A DNA stretch of 51,022 bases from Octopus bimaculoides (GCF_001194135.2 NC_068982.1:138030258-138081279); one strand, 5' to 3'; counted from the stretch's first letter, positions 22,666 through 37,133 are shown. Translations and numbers: made by a program. The notes: generated from the letters alone by a model not told the origin.

Positions 22666-25600
22666 CTGTGGGCAGAAAATAAGTAAATAAGTAAATAAAT
22701 AAATAAAAACATATGCATGGTCCAAATACTGAACTACTAATCCATCCCCTATTGAAGTTAGTTACTGCAGGAAAAAGGGTTGGTGCACTTTTTCCTGCAG
22801 AAGACTGGTCTGAAACCCAAACAACTGAAGAAAGCCACTAAGGAGATAGGCATAACAATCGAAACCAGCTTGAGGTAGCTGTGGTTGATAAGAAACTGCA
22901 GGTGGAACCCTTCTGCAGGTGAAGACTAATTCAGTCCTTTGCTGCCTCATTCAGGTGAAGCATATAAGCTAAAGGGCAAAACGCTTGTGTCCCTGAAATC
23001 CCTCCTGATTATACGGAAGAGTTTCCAACATTGCAACAGATTCAAAAGAAGAGCCTGCAACATTTCTGAGTAAATCCTACAGTTTCTGTAGGGTACAAAG
23101 CATATCTGATGTTTATTAAATAAATCATTTGGTGAAATAAACATTTTCACCAAGCGATTTCAAAATCAAATTATATTACTAAAGATAACATGTACCTCTT
23201 GGCATGGTACATAAAATAATTCTGTCATATTCAATTTGCCTGACTCACAGTCAAGTGGTAGAAAATGGGAAGAGCAGTAAATGTGACTTTCAACAATAAT
23301 TAACAGAATCTATCATCAACATGTGAAAGATACTTATCTATTTTACTGACCCAGGAGGAATGGAAGTCAAAAATAAAATATGATGATGCTGTTAATATAA
23401 TATTCCAGTTTTGAACATTCTATTGTGTTTTATAATTATAAAATAGTGACTTTTAACATTGGTACTTATAAATATATTTTAGGATAGTACAAGTCAACTA
23501 ATTTGACTGGTACATATTTTATTGCTCTTTACGGCACCAAAAAATCAAAAACAGAAATCAGTATTTTCTCTCCAAATGTAAAAAGGATATTAATATCACC
23601 ATCCTTGTTAACCTCTGGATATTTACTATCCCAAGTCCCCAAGGACTCATAGGGTCAGTCACCTGGCTTCCATGGTGATAAGTGACTGAGATTGTTGAGT
23701 GGGCTGGGGCAATGTTGGATGAAGTGTTTTACTCGAGAACGCAACATACCACCCAGTATGAGAATTGAAACCATGGTCTTGCAACTGTGAGTGCAACACC
23801 CTAACCACATAGCTATGTACCTTGGCAATTCGTATCGATTTCAAATTTTGGCAAGAGGCCAGCAATTTCAAGGAGGGCGATAGTTGATAACATCGACACC
23901 ACCGCTCCACTGGTTCTTATTTAATAAACCCCAAAAGAGTGAAAGGCAAAGTCGACCTCAGTGAAATTTGAACTCAGAACATAAAGACAGATGAAATGCA
24001 GATGAGCATTTTACCTGGTGTGTTAATGATTCTGCCAGCTTAGCACCTTACCTTCACAATCACTATCACATCACATTTAACTGATCTGACACTCTAACAC
24101 AGTGCTTCACATGCTAATTAAAAAGATGCAGAATAATTGATAGCACAATGTTTAACCCTATCTCACCAATACATTACAAACTATGCTCCTTTATACCCAG
24201 TTTAATTGTCTTCAGTCAAACATATATGATTTAGAAGCAATATATAGAATATAGAAATAATTCAAACAAGAAAAAATCTCTGTGGTTATACCTTAGTACT
24301 GACTACTATGATATTTCATCATCATCCATCATTTTAAATCCGGGTTTTGACCCTGTTAACAAGGGTGGTTGGATCTACCTCAATGCCATACCAACCGCCC
24401 TCACACCATCTCGCCCAGTGTTGGGCATCCTTCCTTCTCAAACCAACCCTCCCAATCTCCTCCTCCACCAGTCCCCTCCACATTTTTCTTGGTCAACCTA
24501 GCTGTCGCTGTCCTAAAACTCTAGCATCTTCTTCAGAACATGCTCCTCATCCCTCCCCAACATATGCCCATACCACCACACTCCATTCGCCCTTGTTAGC
24601 CGTTCCACTGATTCCTCCAACCCCAGTGTCCCCATCAAGCCGTCAGTCCTCTCCTTATCAAACAGCATCATGATAAAATGATATTTATGAGGTGAAAATG
24701 TCAAACATCTTTAAAATATTCCAACAAAGACTAAACATACGTACCCAACCACCTTTCTCCACAATGAATGCTGCACACTTATCCTCAAAGTATCGCAGAG
24801 TTAGTTCTTTTATCTGGGAAGCCATTGCACGAAAAGGTCCAACAAGGTTGATAGCTGCCTTGGAAAGGAAGAAGAGAGCTGCCACCTCTTGTAATCCACT
24901 CTTGTCTTTAGAGTATGCTTCAAAAGTCTCTTTGAAATTCTGATAGGTAAGTTGTTTAAGTATGTCTATGACAGCTTCACTTGGGAACTGACTCTGCAAA
25001 ACAATACATTTCACTTTTTATAATTTCTTTTTTTCTTAAAAGTAAATTCTAAATTAAAAATAAACAACATAAAAAGTAAAAAGATATTCAAGTTCTAATG
25101 ACTAAGCAGTTTAGTATATATTTGTTTCAGTCATTTGACTGCGGCCATGCTGGAGCACCGCCTTTAGTCGAACAAATCAACCCCAGGACTTATTCTTTGT
25201 AAGCCTAGTACTTATTCTATCAGCTTCTTTTGCTGAACTGCTAAGTTACAGGGACATAGACATGCCACCATCGATTGTCAAGCGATGGTGGGGGACAAAT
25301 ACAGACACACACACACACCTATATATATATATATATATATNNNNNNNNNNNNNNNNNNNNNNNNNNNNNNNNNNNNNNNNNNNNNNNNNNNNNATATATA
25401 TGGCTTCTTTCAGTTTCCGTCTACCAAATCCACTCACAAGGCTTTGGTCGGTCCGAGGCTATAGTAGAAAACACTTGCCCAAGGTGCTACGCAGTGGGAC
25501 TTAACCCGGAATCATGTGGCTGGTAAGCAAACTACTTACCACACAGCCACTCCTGCACCTATACAAATACATATAATATCAGCAGAATGACAGTGTATTT

Positions 25601-27686
25601 CATTATCTTTGCTTCTTTCTTCAATTTTTTCCTTTTATAATTTACAGCTGTAACAACTGGTATGTCAATGAGTAAAATGTAGAATTTATTATGCCTTTAT
25701 AGCACAACGGACATTTATATAGGCATAGACATTTAATGCATTTCAAAGCTGGACATAAGAAAATAACTTTTGTAGGTTTTCAGCTTCCACTTTCTCATGG
25801 TTATATGGCTCAGACGGAATTTGTTGAGACAGATTTTCTACAGCCAGATGCCCTTCCTGTCACTAACCCTCACCAGTTTTCAGTCAGATATTTCCCAGAC
25901 ACATCTACATAGAAAACTGGAAATGAAGGGCACTGTTTGGGTGACAGTAACACTTATTTTACAACTATGACACAATGTCAAAAACAAGGAAACATTAACA
26001 CACACACACCAGGCTTCTTTTCAGTTTCTGTCAATGAAATTCACTTACAAAACTTTGCTCAGCCCAGAATTATCATACAAGACACTTGCCCAATATATAA
26101 TACAGTGGGACTGAACCTGAAACCATGTGGTTGGGAAACAAGCTTCTTAACCACAGAGCCATGATGCACACACATATACACACACGTTACACATTCCTTT
26201 TATCACTCCTTTGTCTATCATTCCTGCCACTATCACCCAGTCTCTATTGCCCATAACATTATTATTATAACCTCTAACACTCATACTCCCACAGTCATCT
26301 CTCTTCTCATTGTATTATGCTACCAATGTGACTAAGGATAGCAGTGAATCTCTAACGTTCGCTACATATTGCATCCAATATCACTAGGGATTCTGTTGAA
26401 CTTGTTAGATTTTTATTTCCAACAGTCCTCCCTTCCCTTGCCTATCTTGTGGGATATACTTAAACATCCTCATCAGATTTGTATACACCCCATACACTAC
26501 CTATACTTTCTATACCCTGGCCATTTGGTATCAACATCCATCATCCACTCCCACCATGTATCCATCTCTTACAATCCATCACTCTCTCACCCCTGTCTTC
26601 TGGTGTGCTGGTGTCACAATAAAATTGCACCTAGTACATTCAGTTAAGTATAGGGCTGGAAGGACCCCTTTGTTTTGTTAAAAACAACTAAAGCTTTTCT
26701 AATGCAAGGGGTCACAATAAAATGCATGCCCCATACACTCTGCAAAGTGGGTGCTGTTAGGAAACCAAGCCAAAAGTGGAACTTATAAGCAAGATGCAGT
26801 CAGCTGATCCATTGAGGAGAGCAACCCATACCAGCATTGAAAGCAGACATAAAATAACAAGGTTGAAAGATACAGAAAATTGTGCCTGTCTTACATCAAA
26901 ATATTAGCCACCTACTGAATTTCAATGAATTTTGAGCTTTAAATTAACATTTTTATAATGAATTATAGATCATTTACTTTTCATATTTAAAATGATTAAT
27001 ATTTAGATTTTTAATTAGGGTAGGCACAACTTACAGAGGTTTTTATAGAAAGAATGTACTCCACAAGTTCTTTCTCTAAGTCACTCAGTTCTGGTGCTGT
27101 AAAATAATTGTAATTTGTATATAATTTCATCCATGTTTATCCTTATCATCACTATTATTATTATTATTATTATTATTGCTATTATTATTATTATTTTTAT
27201 TATTATTAATATTTTTAATGCTGTCATAATAATAATTGCTTCAAATTTTGGCACATGGCTAGCAATTTTTGAGGATAGAGTTAGTTGATATCACTGATTC
27301 TAGTACTTGGCAGCTACTTTATTTGTTGACCCCAGTGCATAACTGGTACTCATTTCATCGACCCCAAAAGGATGAAAGGCAAAGTTGGCCTCAGCAGAAT
27401 TTGAACTCAGAACATAAAGATGGATTAAATGCCACTAAGCATTTTTCTTGGCGTGCTAATGATTCTGCCAGCTCACCGCCTTAGTAATGGTAATAATCCT
27501 TTCTTCCTTTCAAGCACAAGGCCTGATATCTGGGGGGGAAGGGGATAGTCAATTACATCAACTTATTTTACTGACTCCAGGAGGATGAAAGGCAAAGTCG
27601 CTCTCAGCAGAATTTTGAAGTCAGAACATAAAGACAGACTAAGCATTTTGCCCAGAATGTTAACGATTCTGCCAGCTCACTGCCAT

Positions 27687-27730
<44 letters not shown>

Positions 27731-28518
27731 GCAATAACAACAACAGCAATAATAATAAAAACAATATTAATAATCATACTTTAATATCTTTACTTTGAAT
27801 TTTTAGAAAAGAAACTCTTAGAAAGTAGTTGACGATCAAATATAGTAATGGAGGTGCACATTTGATTAATTTTTAGGAGTTTAAATATTTGAGATGGAAA
27901 TTCAAATTATGCATACATAGGCATATATTAGAGTTAAATAATAAGTTTTTCATTCAAATTTGATGTTAATAAGTTCGATAAAAAAAAAAAACAGAAATTG
28001 TAATCATATTGATTGAGTTTTGTTTTACACAATATAAATTAACAACTAATTCGAATATTGTGATGACAGATGTAACATGAAACAGATACATTAAAATTTT
28101 GGGTAATTTAGTTTGAATGTAACATAAACACATGACGAATCATAATCAAATTAATTGCTTGTGCCAGAATGTAAGAACTTGAACTGAGAAGTAAAAAAGA
28201 CAATAATTACATTGGATTCCATCAATTGGACGTGGTCTAGCACAAGCACCTTCTGAATCAGATGCTGATGTCTGTGTATCAGCGAGAGTCATCAGTTTAT
28301 CAGCCACTCGTTTAAACATATCAGTTTTCGATTGCTCATCGCTAGGTTCAGAAGACATAACTCCACCGACAGCACCATCAATTTCATCAAGTTCTCTATC
28401 TGTTTATAACAAGAAAAATGGGGAAAATACATTCATTAAAATTTGAGTTTTTAACATAAAATACATCAAAACAAACACCCCACACCATTCACTATTTATA
28501 TAATTTGAGCAAGATGTA

Positions 28519-28549
<31 letters not shown>

Positions 28550-29257
28550 GGAGCCTGGTGTTGCCATCCGGTTTCACCAGTCCTCAGTCAAATCGTCCAA
28601 CCCATGCTAGCATGGAAAGCGGACGTTAAACGACGATGATGATGATGATGATATATATATATACATATATATGGGTGACACCCTTCAGTCATGACTGACC
28701 ATGGGATTGCACCTAGAAAGTTACCCTCTGAGGCACATGTCCAGGCAAGGTTGTTTATGGAAGACCAGCAGTCGTCCATGCATACCGGTCTCCCCTCTCC
28801 ACGCCACCAATGTTATCCAAGGGAAAGGCAAAGGCCGATGCAGCTTGGCACCAGTGACATCACAACTCATTTCTACAGCTGAGTGAACTGGAGCAATGTG
28901 AAATAAAGTGTCTTGTTCAAGAACACAACACACAGCCCAGTCCAGGATTTGAACTCACAACCTCACGATTGTAAGCTCAATGCTCTAACCACTGAGCTAT
29001 GTGCCTTCACATACATATATACATCATCTATGCCATTTTGTTTCTTATAGAAAGTCTGAGTATCTCAACTTGTAAAAGTCTTCCAAGCCACAAACCAGGG
29101 CAAGTATTTTCAAGGAGGATGAGCAATTGGCCATGCATGCAAGACACCCTTCTACATGCCAAATAGTGTCCTATGGAAGGTGGGAGTCTTACACCTTGGC
29201 ACCAGTATCACTGCAAGGCACTTCATCTAATATTCTAAGAATCATGCCAGTTCACAG

Positions 29258-29289
<32 letters not shown>

Positions 29290-30216
29290 CTATACAATTA
29301 AAACTATAACAAGTTTTCACTGAGATACCTAAATATATATCAACAAACCGGAGAAAATGATGTGAAACAATAACCAATTTTACCACATGCAATATATATC
29401 AAGCTGTGGCCATGCTGGGGCACTGCCTTGAAGGATTTTAGTTGAATGAATTGACTACTCCAGTACTCATATTTTTAAAGTCTGGTAATTATTTTATTGA
29501 TTTCTTTTGCCAAACTGCTAACTTATGAGGATGTAAACACATCAACACCAGTTGTCGAGCAGTGCTGGGGAACAAAAGATATATATATATGTATGTATAT
29601 ATATATATATATATATATATAGACAGAGAGAGAGAGAGAGAGAGAGAGGGTGGCCCAAAAGTAGGTTTACAATTATTCAACTATCTCTTTCACATTCATA
29701 TATTAACAGTTTAGATCTTAATTATAAAACAACATGAAACCATTATTTAGCAAGATGGAGCACCTCCACATTATGTGTTGACAGTAAGGGACTACCTTAA
29801 CCAAGCCTTTCCACAGTGTTGGTTTGGAAGACAGGGCAGCATTGAATGGCCACCACGTTCACCTGATCTGACACCAATGGATTTCTTTTTTGAGGATGGT
29901 GTAAAGACAAGGTTTATGAGAAGAATTTCAAAACAGTAAATGAATTAAAAGATTATATTTCTGAGGCATTCACTGAAATTGATGGAGATCGGAATTTGTG
30001 TTGCACTGTGTGTCAGAGTGTTCTAAAGAGGTTTGAAGAATGTTGGAATGTTGAAAGAGGATATTTTGAGCATCTGAGAGATTAAACATTGTCTGTTTAA
30101 GATGTGCAATAAACAATATGATTGTAAGATAGAAATTTAAATGTAATAAACTGTTTTAAAAGAGATTTAAAGTGCCTATGTGATAACTGTAAACCTACTT
30201 TTGAGTCACCCTGTAT

Positions 30217-30260
<44 letters not shown>

Positions 30261-33200
30261 CAATTGTGAGCAGCATATTTTATTGTCCTCAAAAGGAACT
30301 GCTACATTTTAAACAAAGGGAAAACATTGATGCCAAACTACCCATTTCCTCCCTCTGTAAAAAAATCTAAGTAATTTTCTGACCAGCAAGGGACTCATTT
30401 TATATTTGTGTAGATTTAAAAATATAATTACGACTTAGTTTTGGAAAACCTTTCAACAAGTTTATAACATATCACTATCATAATTCTTGTATTGGTCTCT
30501 TTAGTAATTTTGATGTAGAAAATCGAAAATGACAGCGAATACAAGCCAGTAAACATATCTACTCTCACCCCACTAACACCATTTCCCTGTTATCTCAAAA
30601 ATCGCACGTTTGTTCCCCACCACTTACCTAATAGAATGATTTATACACTCTATGCTATCTTATCAGTACAGAAATCGTCAGAGCTTAAAATAAAACGATT
30701 GTAGTTTGATAATTTCTTGACAAACCAAGTCAGAAATGAAATTTCACTTGAAACCATTTCACTTCACTTACATCACTATTACGTTAGAAAGAGCATGAAC
30801 ATCACAACTACCACTCCCCTTCTGTTAGGCAATAGACCTGTGTTTGAAACAATAACATGTAATAAAATAATTGTTTCTAATATAAGCAAAGAGCTGAAAT
30901 TTAGGAGGAGAGGCTTAGTCAATTAAATTAATCCCAGTATTTGATTGATATTTTATTTTGTCAACCTCGAGAGGATGAAACGCAAAGCTGATCTAGGTGA
31001 GAGTGAACCGATAATGTTAGTATGTGTTGATGCCATGTAAACAGCATCCAGTATACTCCATAAAGTGGCTGGTGTTAGGAAGGGCATCCAGCTGTAGAAA
31101 CCGGGCCAAAACAGACTATGGAAAATGGTGCAGCTCCAGTCAAACCATCCAACCAGCATGGAAAAAAGACATTACATGATGATGATTTCATACTGTAACA
31201 AATCTGCTAATCCAGTGGCCTTATCTAATAAAATAATTGCTTCCGATTTGGTAAAAAAAAGCAAACAATTCTGAAAGGAAGGAATTAGCTAATGCCATCG
31301 GCTCCTCATATTTCACTGCTACTTTATTTTATTGCTACAGAGAGATGAAAGGCAAAGTTGGCCTCAGTAGATTTTAAACTCACAATGTAAGGAGCCAGAA
31401 GCAATTTTTCTAGGGCTCTAACAACCCAACCAGCTTGCCACCTTGTCTAATGAAATAAGAGTTTCAGATTCTGGCACAAGGCCAGTAATGTTGCAGGAGG
31501 GAGTAAGTCATTTACATCAACCCCAGTACACAATTACACTTATTTTGTCAACCCCAAAAGATGAAAGGCAAAGTTGACCTCGGTGGAATTTGAACTCAGA
31601 ACATAAAGACAGACAAAATATTGTCAATCATTTTACCCACCATGCTAAGACTCCTGCCAGCTCACCATCTTGTATTTAATAAAATAATGGCAACAATAAA
31701 TGATTGCTAAATAAATTACTTTAAATAATAAACCTTTTTTTTTTTTTTTGAAAGAGTATGATTTAGTCAATTAAACAGAAATATGTATATTAGTTCTTAA
31801 CCCTAGGGAGATAAAGAAATAGAGCTTAGTGGTGAGACTGTTTTACAGAAAATTAGTAGAAGGTAAGTGCACGTAAGGTGGACAGAAAAAGGACTTCAAG
31901 GATACACTCAAAGCCTCACTGAAGAGCTTTGAGATCAACCCAGACACTGACCACCCTGCCAGGTGAAGTTGCATCAATAGGGGTGCTACCTCCTACAAAC
32001 TGAACAAGATTGTAGGGACACAAGTGTGCAAGTTCAGGGCCAATTCCTTGCCTTCAGTCGCAGCAGACCACTAGGGCCTGATCTGTTGCAGAGCCTTCCA
32101 AGCACACATTGGACTAATTGGCCACAGCCAGACACACCATGACCTGTCCTCTTCTCCATGTGATGTCCTTGGTCACCATTGGCAACAACAGACGAACTAA
32201 TAGTGAGACATTAAACTGGATCAGTTGGTATGCTGCTATCTTGGCCATTTTAATCATCATCATCATCATCACAGGAAAGAAACTAAATATTTTAACTGTC
32301 AATATAATAAAAAAAAGTGATTGTGTGATGTTCATGCCTTTCTCTGAGAACAATGACATTGGGAATTGATTCACCATTACTTTGGGATTAAAATCAACTC
32401 ATAGATTTCATTCACAGAATGTTGGACCTTATTTCTTCACTGATTTTAAACAAAAATCAAAAGTCCCCGCAGTCAATTCAGTGTGTTTATTAACTTCATT
32501 AACCCCAGAAGGACAAAAGACAAAGTCAAACTCAAAAGTACTCAAAATAAGAACATAAAATTTAGTAACTAAATACTGCAAAACATTCAAAACATTTTGT
32601 CCTTTGTGATTGTACCTGGTTGAGTCAAACCACCACCTTTATATATTGCTTGCCAATAAACTAGTAAGTTAATAAAGACAACAACAACATATACGAGAGG
32701 TGCAACAAAAGATAAATACATAGCTTAACTATAAGAATGAAAAAAAAAAACCATTTACCAGCTGTGTAGTACTGATGAAGACAATGAGTGATGAGTGAGT
32801 ACATAAAATACATTATTTTAGTTTGAGAAAGACAGAGAAACAGAAACTGAGATGTAGAAATATTCATGATACTATCAAGTCATTTAATCTGAACTAGTGT
32901 TTTCAGAGATAGCCAGGCCCATAGTAGTTGGGACAAGCTAGGGTTTGATAAAACAATTACATGAACAGGACACATAGGGTGCACTTAATTTTGATTTTTT
33001 AAAAAGGTTTTATTTTTACTAATTTGACCCTTTAGTATTTAAATTGGTCATATAAGGTCCAAATATTTTACCTATTTTGCTTTCAAATTGGCTAGATCTG
33101 GCCTCTCAAACATACCTTACAATGTCATTCTAAAAATAATCACATCATTGAAATTTTGAAGCTACAAGATTAATGCATGATTAATTCAAAATATTGCGAA

Positions 33201-33480
33201 TAAATAAGCATTACATTTTGACAGAGTAATCAATGCTAAAGGGTTAAGAGATTGCTTCAGAGTTTATTCTAAAACATATGTATATATACACCTATATACA
33301 CACATGCATGCTGCATAATTTATAACCGATCATAAACATGATTATGCGTTGTAGTGAGGAATTGCAAGCGTGCATGTGCTTTTAAATAACCCAAACAGTA
33401 TCAAAAATATTTCAACAGCTTTCCCAAAAAGTACATTAGACAGAGCAGTAAGAGAATACAAAATATGTATGCATATCTAC

Positions 33481-33513
<33 letters not shown>

Positions 33514-35799
33514 TATAGAGATACAAATACATTCATGCAAAGTATGAGAAACTTAAATATTAAAATGATAATCAGTTGAAATCAAGCAAGAAGCAGTGAA
33601 TTTTTAGTATTACATTTCCATAGGTCATAACAGAGGCTTACATTAATTTATGTGGCCTTTGCTATGATCTATGTAATGTACAGCAGTTAAGAATTAAATT
33701 TAAAAGAAAGTAAAAATTAAAATATATATATATTGTATTATTATTTTCACTAAACTAACTGTAAGCCCTGAAAGAACAATCGTTAAAGAGGTCATCATGC
33801 TCTTGTAGCACTTGTAAGCAAGGTGCTTTTTTTTTCTTTTTCTATTTATTTATTTTTTTTTAATATGGAAAGTTTGTAAGCTTCCAATGATTTTCGATAA
33901 AGAAAATTTTAGCTTGAAATACTTCCTGGACGATAACTTACCATTATTAACTTCAGTATTATCACAGTCACTGAGATGCTCATAATGCTCAACAGATGAT
34001 CTGCGTTGAGTCAGACCATCTGGTGTACAAACAGTCGTTACTTTCTCAACGTGTTCAGCCTTAAATTCAAAATTTCCTCGATCTGGAAGATCACTGGTAA
34101 AAACTGGATTAATGTTCAGATGCAAATTTTTTCGTGGAGCCGAAGTCTCAATAAGTGGATAGTCGTTCCCAGTTTCATTTTCTAATGCTATAATCTCATT
34201 GAGAACATTTGTGGTAGTGCTATCTTTATTATCCTTACTTTCTTCTTTGATTACATGTATAGCTTTATCATTGCCTTCAGATGCTGTTCGGCGATGGATG
34301 TTTTGAATAATATCCTTCTGCTCAGTGCTTTCTGTTCAATCAATAAAAATATGGTGGTAGTAATAGTGGTAGTAGTTGTTGTTGTAGTAGTAGTAGTAGT
34401 AGTACTAGTGGTTGAGCTTTTTCATTTAATTGTAAGATGTTCAATGCAGAGAATTTGGTAGTGAATGGGTATATAACTTTATCAATGCATGTTTGTAAAT
34501 GTGTAAACATGTTTATCAAAATCTTGCATGTCAATAGAATAAATTTCATTTGAAAAAAACCAGAAGCATGTGTGCTTGTGCTTATTATTTTAGGCCTCTT
34601 ATGATATATTAATGCAACAGGTAGCACAGTAATATAGCTAATACAACAGGTAGCATAGGAATGCATCCAATTTATTTTCTTGATTAAATGGACAAGTTAT
34701 ATCAATAGTCTCATTATCATTTATAATATAGAATAATTACTTTCTGAATTTAAACATAAAACGCATACACATATGCTTATATACACACACGTAGACAAAT
34801 ATAAATATTTATATAAGGGCATCCTATTTGTAATGTCATTTTTAGCACATAGAATGTTTTAATGTGCCTGGTTCTCTTTAATCTTATATACTTTGTAAAA
34901 GTTATCCATCCCATTCACCCAGCCAGAAACACATCAGGCCTAACAACATACTTTTTACACATAATGCCTAAGTGTCAGATCAGTGTTGCTGTGTATCAAA
35001 AACTGCACCTTGTTGGGGTTAGAGAAATGCATATACTACATACAGTACTATTCTGTTTCAAAAACAGAAGTGGTATTATAGAACTCAGATGAAACAGGAA
35101 TTTTGTCACAGATATATTTGTATGTGAAAAAGTAGATTAAAATATTTATTCCAAAGTAATTTAACAGAAGCAGGACTACTATTGTAAATGAATTACGTTT
35201 CATAATGATTTATCAAAAACTACTCTTTGAAAAAATTATTGAATGACAGTCAAAAACTTGACCTATGATTCTCTTTGACTCTTCTTTTAAATTGGCTGAC
35301 ATTTTACGAACAGAGCCAAGTGTCTAAATTAAAAAAAAAAAACAGGTGTCATGAATAAATTATCTAAATGACTGTGTAAAAGTTTATACAGCATTTCTTA
35401 CTGATGGATTTGAATTTCAATCACGGAGTAACTGGAGATAAAATATGCTTTTAATGTTGTTGTTGTTGCTGTTTGTTACAAATTCTGACCTGATTGGACA
35501 GATGAATAATCAGTATTTCTAGTCACGATTATCCAATAATTTCTTATTGTTCTGGTTTTGTAACCAATGTACCTTCTTTTCTTTGTTTTGAAGGAAAAAC
35601 AGAAAATAGTAAGGTGTGATTTGGGTGACAGAGATTCAGAGATTTGACAGTTATTTCTAGCAATGCTGAAGGTTATACGTTGACTCAATGATATTGGTGG
35701 TAATGAAGCCAGACATAACTATAGTTGCAGTAGTGTTTATTGCCATTTAGCATCAAGTCCAAACCAATGAGCAAAAGCATTCCAGCCATGAGCATTCCT

Positions 35800-35842
<43 letters not shown>

Positions 35843-37086
35843 AATGTCTAAGACTACATTGTTCTGCAAAGTGTTTTTACATTTTTTATTTTAAAGATGA
35901 TGGGTAAGGTGTAATGAGGGACATTTGGCTGCTATTTCTGGTACGTTGAGCCACTTTGACCGTTTACAAATGGGTCTATGTAAAGTGTTTGTGGGCAGTG
36001 TTATGCTTATGAAGGAGAACGAGACAAAAGTTACTATTATGCCATTACAGTAATCCCTCCACTTTCCTGGGAGTTAGTTTCCAAAACACCAAGCGATAGG
36101 TGAAAATCCGCAAAGTAGAAACAGTACTGTATTGTATATTTTTAAAAATTATTTTTACAATTTGTATATATTTATTTTATTATAAATGCCAAACAACATC
36201 ATGGAGGAATTGATGGAAGCTTAAATAATAAACCGTGATAGGTGACTCATGATATGGCGAGGGATTATTGTATTATAATAGACACCAGTTTAATGTCTTG
36301 ATAGGGTACAGGAAATGTTTGAAACACTGCCCGGCTATGAAGCTGCCACTGCCACTATCACTGTTAATAAATGAGCCAAGACAGAAACTGCTATGTCATC
36401 ACTCGACATGCTAGAAATAGCAGCCCAAACTCCTTCAAACCACAACCTACCTTAACTTGTTAGGAACAGCAGCCAAATATCTCTCAAATTACACCCTGGA
36501 GTTTAAAACAAAGGGGTACCCCTGACCCAGCAATACGTTCAGGTTATGACAGCTTAACAGAAAGAATGATGCGCCAGTACTCAGCTGGTGCTCATTACAA
36601 ATGAGTAGACTAGAACAAAGTAAACTAATGTGTCTTACTGAACGACACAAGGTGCTGCCTGATCCAGGAGTTGAACTAATGGCCTTACACTTATGAGCTG
36701 AACACTTTAACCACTAGGCCACAAACATCCACTGGAATCCTGTAAGATGATTTAAATAGATTTATAATATTTTTCAAGGAATATGTTATAATGAGAAACT
36801 GGGAAACTGGCTCTAAGGTCCTTACGGATTAATGTGGACTAACCCCTAACATTGGTTTCAGAAGATGTTTTCTTTCTTTCTTTTTTTGTTTTTTTGTAGC
36901 ACTATGTATTTCCAGTCACATTCTAACAAGGTGAATTGTGTGTAACGACAATAATTTTTGTGCAGTTAAATCTTAATCTAAGAAATGACACTACTTTACA
37001 GGGTGTGTGTATGTATATACATATATAACAACATATATAAGATATACATACATACATACATTAATATATGCACAAACACAAACATA

Positions 37087-37133
<47 letters not shown>

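Noticed and set aside
22762-23153. Minus-strand ORFs (62 and 68 aa) as extra Bcl-G exons
   Set aside because: No recognisable motif or convincing splice pair; GGW|DSVLED at 22665 gives a better family-like ending.
35802-35841. Long poly-T as a retrocopy tail
   Set aside because: No TSD or identifiable processed gene next to it; the flanks are repeat remnants.
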